Below are positions 51,873 to 64,000 of a DNA stretch of 64,000 nucleotides, one piece after another. Position numbers and translations under genes: made by a program. Under the pieces are notes generated by a model. It made no database searches. It was not told the origin of the DNA and saw only the letters and a program-made list of their open reading frames with translations. Each line of letters starts with the position of its first letter. Position 1 is the first letter of the stretch. Origin of the DNA: the human T2T-CHM13v2.0 reference genome, Homo sapiens; assembly GCF_009914755.1 (NCBI RefSeq), contig NC_060935.1. The stretch is one strand, 5' to 3'.

Positions 51873-53726
51873 TTCTACAGTCCTATATTTAGCATATTTA
51901 TTTTGAAACCCATTTTGGAGGTTAATGAGGGAAGAATTCACACCTTCAGATACACAAAGAGAGCTTGTATAATGCTCCAATTCTGATATAGTGTAAAATC
52001 AATACCAGATCCTCATCTAATTGCTGAGGACAATAAACTCATCCTTAAGTTCCACAAAGCCAGACACCTTCTTGGAAACCAATGTGAATTATGGAAGGCA
52101 TCTAGGCCTTGCAGTTAGGCAGGCTTGATTTGAAGTATTGAATAGTCATATGACCTCGGGCATTAGCCAATTCTGTGTATCACTGTATGTCTTCCTAGCC
52201 CCACCTTTTGCTACAGCCACTGCCGTCCTGGCCATTTCTGCACAGGCTTCAACCAGCTTTGCACAGATCAAATAGGTCAGTGTCTGCCTGACTCCACTCA
52301 TATTTCTAGCTTCCTACCCTAGGGTTTAGACATGGGGTGCCCATGGGAACACTTTTGGCATTTGTACATGCAAATCTCAACGTGCAAGGGAGTAAGCAGC
52401 TGTGGGGCCACCTTGACCAGTCAGAGGTAGAAGACTAAAGATCAATGCTTCTCCCTTTTCTAACCCAGGTGCACAGTTATGTGCCACATATCACAAGCCT
52501 CCTAAGAAGGGATGAAGCTCTGTCACCTTCAGAAGTGGGCAGCTTTATAATGCATCCATGTACTGGCTTTTCCTTCTTCCTGGTTCCTTTCCCTTTGTCC
52601 TGCTCCCTGGATCACATCCCAAATGAACTACTTGCACACAAACCTTGTGTGTCAGGCTTTGCTTTAGGGGGACTTAGGCTGATGTACTTTGGGAAAGTGC
52701 ACCTTGGGAAATTAGGATATCAATTTTCTCGTATGTAATTGGGGATAATAATATTTATTTTGAAGAATTGTGGGAATTAGAGATAATGTATAAAGCACCT
52801 AGCAGAAATCTTTGGTATCCATTATTATTGTCTCCCTTGATATTTGTTAGGGTAAAATTTCACATCAATGGCAAAATAGGGCCCTATATAGATGTTCTTT
52901 CATGTGAGCCTTAGGAATGGCAGGGATTTTGAAGAATTTTCTGATGGGAGTCTCTGCTTTACATTCAAAGATAACCTAAGTGGATTAGAAGTAGAAATAT
53001 ATTCTTAAGGTAAAAATATATGCTTGGGAAACTCCTCCATGTGGAAATGAAAGGGATAAGGAAATGATGACTTCATGGGACATGGCTCTGATCTGGGGTC
53101 TATCACCCTCCCCTTCTGTCTCTGAAGTATGAATGTGGGAAATATAAGCACAGGAGAGATCATACACTCCCAATGGGTTTAGAGAAAAAAGCTGCTCTTG
53201 CTAGTTTGTTTTTAAAAAGTGTGAGAGCTTAATGTGCGTTAAATATAAATATCAGATATTTTTTGTATAAATATACCTAATTTTTATGTGTGGCCCCCAA
53301 CTACTGATATTGGAAAATTAGTGTTAGTCAGTTCCAGGGAAACTCAGTTGATTTGGTGTTTCCTGTTTCCTTTTCTCCTTGATGTTATATCTAAGTTTAT
53401 CGGGGGAAAGGAAAGGCGTTAAATATCACAAAGTCACTGGGGTCAGGAGAAAAGAGGATGTCTTGTGCTTGGATGTCACATTTCCATGCTGGCAGCTGCT
53501 GACATGTACATAGGAGTCCCTGGTACCTAGTTTTTCATTCTTACCCGCTGGTACACTGTATAAATCTCCTGCTGTATTTTCCTGAGTTTGATAGTATAAA
53601 CTCTCTGGGTCCTTCAATATTTCATGCCCTGGCTCTGCTATTCTCAACTTCATGAGGAAAAACATTTTCTTATTCCCTGTGATGCCTTGGGCATTCTGTG
53701 ACGTTGTGCCAGGCATCACATACAGC

Positions 53727-54143
53727 TGTGGTAGTAAGAATAATGACCTCCTGAAGATGCCTATGTCCTGATCCCTAGAATCTGTGAATATGCTATGCTT
53801 CATGGCAGAAGGAAATTAAAGTTGCACATAGAATTAAGGTATTTAATCACTTGACCTTAAAACAGGAAGATCATCCTGGATTATCCAGTGGGCCTCATGT
53901 AATCACAAAGGCACTTAACAGTGGAAGAGGGAAGCAGAAAAGTCAATGGTACAGTGATTCAGTGTGAGAAAGACTTGGCTGGTTATGGTTGACTTTGAAG
54001 ATGGAAAGAGGACTACATGAGCAAAGAAATATGGAAACCACTAGAAGCTGGAGAAGGCAAGAAAACAAATTGTCCCCTAGAACCTCCAGAAAGGAATGTA
54101 ATTCTGCCCATACCTTGATTTTAGCTCACTGAGACCCATTTTT
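53727..54143 (+). mobile_element. MLT1D LTR, 3'-truncated
   Basis: 'tgtggtagtaagaataatg...atccctagaatctgtgaatatg...atcctggattatccagtgggcc...ccctagaacctccagaaagg'. Confidence 0.8.
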
Positions 54144-55894
54144 GTCAACTCTGGACTGGGGAAAAACAATAACTCTGACCAGTTACATACTCTTTCAGAT
54201 ATACTAACTATGCCAAGACCCCTGCAAAATCCTTTTTAGCTGTATTTTCCTCCCCTAAGTCAGAAAGTTTGGAATGCCCTAGCTGCTGCTTGGATAGGAG
54301 AAGTGTCCAGAAATAAAAAAAAAAAACAAAGCAAAACAAAAAAGATCCTCCAGTTAATAGATACACGATATTATTTTATTATATCAGCCAGTTATTTAAA
54401 ATACCGTTTTGATTGAATTCAATGATTTTCATTTTGAATATGGATTGTATGCGTGTATGTGTGTTTCTATACAACACACAGAGGTGCAAATGTGCATATA
54501 CTCATAAACAATGAAAGAAGGGGAGAGGAAGGGCAGGTAAGAGCAAGGCAGTGAAAAGAAGATAGAAGTCAGGAGGAACTAGAAAGATGACAGTTCAACA
54601 GGACAGAGAGAAAGAAGCAAGTCAGTGAGTGAGGATCTGCTAAACAGCTGCCCAGAGACGCCTGCGCAAACCAGAACCAGACAACTCCTGGCTGAGGATA
54701 AGTAGGCTTCCCCAGGGTGTCCTCTAGGAAATAGTGACTCCCTCTTCCCACCAATTCATATGAATGCCTTGATATTTATCTTTTTGCTCAGATTTTCTAC
54801 CTGTCTTCATTAATTTATTTTCCATAGCTTTCTAATCTTTATTCCCGTTACTAAAATTTCCTAGGTATTCCACTGGAATTTTATAACAGTTGTCAACATT
54901 TAGGAAACATTTACATTTGTTGAACACCCCGTATGTGCCAGGTGTAGTGTTAAGCAGACAGTGGAGATGAGACACATGCTAATTTACTAAGTCAAGTAAG
55001 CAATGATAATTGTTTTTCTTACTAAATTCCTGTAAATGGCAGAAATAATAATATAAATAGTCAAAAGAGACATAGAACTATTTATCCCAGCATTTTTGCC
55101 ACATTCAAAAAATTTATAGCTCTTTAATAAAGACAATTATAATTTATTTATGCAATGTGACATATAGGTGAAATGTCTGCATAAGGGTTTACAGTTTATT
55201 CTATACAGAGTACTCTTACCAAATTTATGAGCTATTATTATTATCATTTTTCCAGTTGTGAAATAAAGAAAACTGAATCTCAAAGAAGTTAAATGTTTTG
55301 ACCTGAGTCATTTGAAGCTGGGGCTTGAACCCAGGTCTTTAACTTCAAATTAGATGAGTATTTTACCATACCACATTACTATATCATATACCAGATTACT
55401 AAATAAATGTGAATTTTATTATGTATTGTATTTTACATTTTTTATAAGATGTTGAATTTATGTACATAGTTCATTCAGTAGCCATTATGTGTTTGGTAGT
55501 AGTTTTTACACAGACTGGAGCACTAGAACTAGTTTTAATGCAAAAGAGTTTACCTTTCCACATTTAATTGATAACAGATGCTCTTTCATTGGGTGGAAGG
55601 ACAATTTCAAAGTTTTCCTATGTAAAATCTTCCAGAGTGCAGAAGTGTGGATTGTCCTATGTCAAATAGTAAATTCCAAGCCTACTATTAAAAGACTAAA
55701 AATGTAAAAGCCACTGGTAAGGTAGGGCCAGCGAGCAACCATTCTCAATGTCAGAAGTTTTCTAATTTGTCTTCATTGATTATATTGAAGAAAGAAAAAT
55801 TTTATGAGAAAAAAAGTGTGTACTTAAAAACTTCTGCATAAGATTGACTGATAGATTCATAACATTAAAAACTGTAAATTTTAAGAAAATTCTT

Positions 55895-56920
55895 GGGGGG
55901 TTGGAGCCAAGATGGCCGAATAGGAACAGCTCCAGTCTATAGCTCCCAGCATGAGTGATGCAGAAGCCGGGTAACTTCTGCATTTCCAACTGAGGTACCG
56001 GGTTCATCTCACTGGGGAGTGCCAGACAGTGGGTACGGGACAGTGGGTGCAGTACACGGTGCATGAGCCGAAGCAGGGTGAGGCATCGCCTCACCTGGGA
56101 AGCACAAGGGGTCAGGGAATTCCCTTTCCTAGTCAAAGAAAGGGATGACAGATGGAACCTGGAAAATTGGGTCACTCCCACCCTAATACTGCATTTTTCC
56201 AATGGGCTTCACAAACAGCACAACAGGAGATTATATCCCGCACCTGGCTCGGAGAGTCCTATGCCCACGGAGCCTCGCTCATTGCTAGTACAGCACTCTG
56301 AGATCAAATTGCAAGGCGGTAGCTGGGGGAGGGGTGCCCGCCATTGCTCAGGCTTGAGTAGGTAAACAAAGTAGCCGGGAAGCTCAAACTGGGTGGAGCT
56401 CACCACAGCTCAAGGAGGCCTGCCTGCCTCTGTAGGCTCCACCTCTGGGGGCAGGGCACAGACTAACAAAAAGAGAGCAGTAACCTTTGCAGACTTAAAT
56501 GTCCCTCTCTGACAGCTTTGAAGAGAGTAGTGGTTCTCCCAGCATGCAGCTTGAGATCTGAAAATGGACAGACTGCCTCCTCAAGTGGGTCCCTGACCCC
56601 CGAGTAGCCTAACTAGGAGGCATCCCCCAGTAGGGGCGGACTGACACCTCACACAGCTGGGTACTCCTCTGAGACAAAACTTCCAGAGGAATGATCAGGC
56701 AGCAGCATCTGCGGTTCACCAATATCCGCTGTTCTGCTGCCACCACTGCTGATACCCAGGCAAGCAGGGTCTGGAGTGGACCTCCAGTAAACTCCAACAG
56801 ACCTGCAGCTGAGGGTCCTGACTGTTAGAAGGACAACTAACAAACAGAAAGGACATCCACACCAAAAACCCAGCTGTACATCACCATCATCGAAGACCAA
56901 AGGTAGATAAAACCACAAAG
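55895..56920 (+). promoter_or_regulatory. L1 5'UTR internal promoter with YY1 site
   Basis: YY1 motif aagatggcc at about 55909-55917; many CpGs decayed; retains a 128-bp segment absent from L1HS. Confidence 0.85.
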
Positions 56921-57938
56921 ATGGGAAAAAAACAGAGCAGAAAAACTGGAAACTCTAAAAATCAGAGCACCTCTCCTCTTCCAAAGGAATGCAGCTCCTC
57001 ACCAGCAACGGAACAAAGCTGGATGGAGAATGACTTTGACGAGTTGAGAGAGGATGGCTTCAGAAGATCAAACTACTCCGAGCTAAAGGAGGAAGTTCAA
57101 ACCAATGGCGAAGAAGTTAAAAACTTTGAAAAAAAAAATAGATGAATGGATAACTAGAATAATCAATGCAGAGAAGTCCTTAAAGGACCTGATGGAGCTG
57201 AAAACCATGGCACGAGGACTACATGATGAATGCACAAGCCTCAGTAACCGATGCAATCAACTGGAAGAAAGGGTATCAGCGATGGAAGACGAAATGAATG
57301 AAATGAAGCGTGAAGAGAAGTTTAGAGAAAAAAGAATAAAAAGAAACAAACAAAGCCTCCAAGAAATGTGGGACTATGTGAAAAGACCAAATCTACGTCT
57401 CATTGGTGTACCTGAAAGTGACGGGGAGGCTGGAACCAAGTTGGAAAACATTCTGCAGGATATTATCCAGGAGAAGTTCTCCAATCTAGGAAGGCAGGCC
57501 AACATTCAAATTCAGGAAATACAGAGAACACCACAAAGATACTCCTCGAGAAGAGCAACTCCAAGACACATAATTGTCAGATTCACCAAAGTTGAAATGA
57601 AGGAAAAAATGTTAAGGGCAGCCAGAGAGAAAGGTGGGGTTACCCACAAAGGGAAGCCCATCAGACTAACAGCTGATCTCTTGGCAGAAACTCTACAAGC
57701 CAGAAGAGAGTGGGGGCCAATATTCAACATTCTTAAAGAAAAGAATTTTCAATACAGAATTTCATATCCAGCCAAACTAAGCTTCATAAGTGAAGGAGAA
57801 ATAAAATACTTTACAGACAAGCAAATGCTGAGAGATTTTGTCACCACCAGGCCTGCCCTAAAAGAGCTCCTGAAGGAAGCACTAAACATGGAAAGGAACA
57901 ACTGGTACCAGCCACTGCAAAAACATGCCAAATTGTAA
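56921..57938 (+). pseudogene. ORF1: L1 ORF1p (RNA-binding chaperone), frameshifted
   Basis: MGKKQSRKTGNSK... and ...WYQPLQKHAKL* lie in two frames; +1 shift in the A run at 57129-57138. Confidence 0.95.
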
Positions 57939-58001
57939 AGACCATCAAGGCTAGGAAGAAACTGCATCAACTAACAAGCAAAATAACCAGCTAACATCAT
58001 A

Positions 58002-62023
<4,022 letters not shown>

Positions 62024-62544
62024 ACAATGAGAACACTTGGACACAGGAAGGGGAACATCACACACCGGGGACTGTTGTGGGGTTGGGGGAGCGGGGAGGG
62101 ATAGCATTAGGAGATATACCTAATGCTAAATGACGAGTTACTGGGTGCAGCACACAAACATGGCACATGTATACATGTGTAACAAACCTGCACATTGTGC
62201 ACATGTACCCTAAAACTTAAAGTATAATAATAAAAAAAACTGTAAATTTTAAAATGTAAAATCTTTTCCAAAAATTTAAATTTTACTCTGAGATGAGCTC
62301 TCAACACTGGTCATCTGCAGACATCCTCTGACCCTGCTGAGGGAAGTGTTATGCCTGTGATGTTTTCCTCCCTGGAGAACTATTGGAAAACCCCTACTTT
62401 GTCAGTTAGTAGACCTAGGTCTTAGTCTAATCTCAGTCCCAATTTAGCCATGTGACTATGAATGAATTACTTAATGTGTCTGGGACTCAGTTTCTTTATC
62501 TAGAATTTAATTGATTGAGAACATATTTATTGAGCCTTTGTATG

Positions 62545-62790
62545 ACTCTCATTGAGCTCTTACTATGTACCAGAATATTCTAAGTGCTTGATATATGTAT
62601 TTTTTGATTTCCAAAACACTGTGAGTTATGAGCTGTTATTATCATTTCAAATTTACAGATGAGGAAACTGATGTCCAGAAAGATTAAGTCACTTGCCCAA
62701 ACTCACACAGCTAGTAGAAGTGCTACAACTAAGACTTGAACCTAAGAAGTTCAGCTCCAGCATTTGTTCAGTTAACCATCTCATTACATG
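62545..62790 (-). mobile_element. MIR SINE
   Basis: 'tttacagatgaggaaactga...attaagtcacttgcccaaactcacacagctagta'. Confidence 0.8.
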
Positions 62791-63805
62791 TCAGTTAGGG
62801 TGGGTACAGCTGCAAAAAATGGGAAACTCAGCCAGAAGAAAGTTTACAATTAGAACATTTATTATCTTACAAGATTGAGATTCCAAAGGCTGGTGGTACC
62901 AGGGTTGACTTAACTGTTCCATGATATATCATCAAGGACCTGGACTATTCCCTGTCTTCCACTCTGCTTCCCTCAGCATGTTGGCTTTTGTCTCCCAAGC
63001 TTGACTCTTTCTGTTCAAAGGATAGCTGGTGTAACTGTAGGCACCACAAACTATTTTTATTGGGGAGGAAATCTTCCCCAGAAGCCTCCAAGAGACTGGT
63101 CAAAACTGGGTTATATGTCCATCGTTAAGCCAGTCACTAACAAAGAAGAATGAGATTATAATTTTGCTTACACCATTTAGGGTTAACCCTTGGGTCTTGG
63201 GCAGTGCCTGTCTTTATTGAGCACTTTTTCTCTGTGAGGATTTTATGAGTAAGAAGGGGTGGGATGCTTGGCTATTGGGTAGGGATAGGACAGTGACTGC
63301 CACTGTGGTTAAAAGCCAATTCCCATGTTCATTGGATTTACTATCTTCTCTCTTAGCTTCTTTCACCTCCTGGATCCAACAGTCACCAAGTCCTAATCAG
63401 ACTATCCTCCAGATTTGCAAACATAGTATAGTTCTTCATTCACTAAAACATGAAGTCTAATCTTAAGAGAACACAGAAGGCCTGTCCTGCCTGGGTCTGC
63501 AATCCCTTTACCTTTCTAGTAACAACAGTTTCGCCCCACCATGGTATATATAGCCAAAGTGGAGGAGAATTGCTTGCAGTTCCCTATGCACACAGAGACG
63601 CTGTATGTTCGCGTCTTCATTTCATACTGTTCCTTCTGCCTTGACTACCCTTCCTCTTTTGCCTCCCTGGGGAACTGCTACCTAATGGTATCATGTACAA
63701 TTTAGTGAGAGATAGAGACTTTGGGAACAGGACAATCCATGTGCAAAACAATTTTTTATCATCTGAGAGATAGGGTGGGGAAGTGGATCCAAAAGGAGGT
63801 TTTAT

Positions 63806-64000
63806 AGTAGTCCCCTCCTCATCTGCAGTTTTGCTTTCCAAGGTTTCGGTTACATACCATCAACCATCAATCCAAAAATATTGAATGGAAAATTCCAGAA
63901 ACAACCAATTCGTTAAGTTTTCAATTGTGTGCTGTTCAGAGTAGCATGATGAAATCTGTCCTGCTCCACCTTTCCTATAACATAAATCATGCCTTTGTTC
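63806..64000 (+). mobile_element. MER44 (Tigger7-derived), runs off the window
   Basis: 'agtagtcccc...gttttgctttcc...aaaatattgaatggaaaattccagaaa'. Confidence 0.75.

Noticed and set aside
55780-56918. ORFs on both strands of the L1 5'UTR
   Set aside because: Generic L1 UTR translations; I cannot confirm an intact ORF0.

Overview
Primate (human-like) AT-rich, CpG-depleted non-coding genomic DNA, intronic or intergenic. I could not recognise any host protein-coding exon, RNA gene or CRISPR/prokaryotic feature, and I cannot identify the locus. The only real protein homology is the disrupted ORF1/ORF2 of a full-length L1PA4-like LINE-1 (55.9-62.2 kb). Other major elements are a MER41A provirus (22.2-27.6 kb), nine Alus, MaLR/ERVL solo LTRs, DNA-transposon fossils, old L1M/L2/MIR fragments and microsatellites. 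A repeat-poor block at about 13.2-21.5 kb contains enhancer-like motif clusters. I see no support for a new multi-gene system. The real oddities are rearrangement footprints: an AluY with a twin-priming-type inversion inside one TSD; a 199-bp self-copied insertion in L1 ORF2; an AluSp/Sg chimera where the MER41A 3' LTR is cut off; 10 extra nt at the L1 5' end; and a dispersed 67-bp duplicate of the flank of the candidate enhancer. Repeat subfamily names come from recalled consensus sequences and need RepeatMasker/Dfam confirmation.
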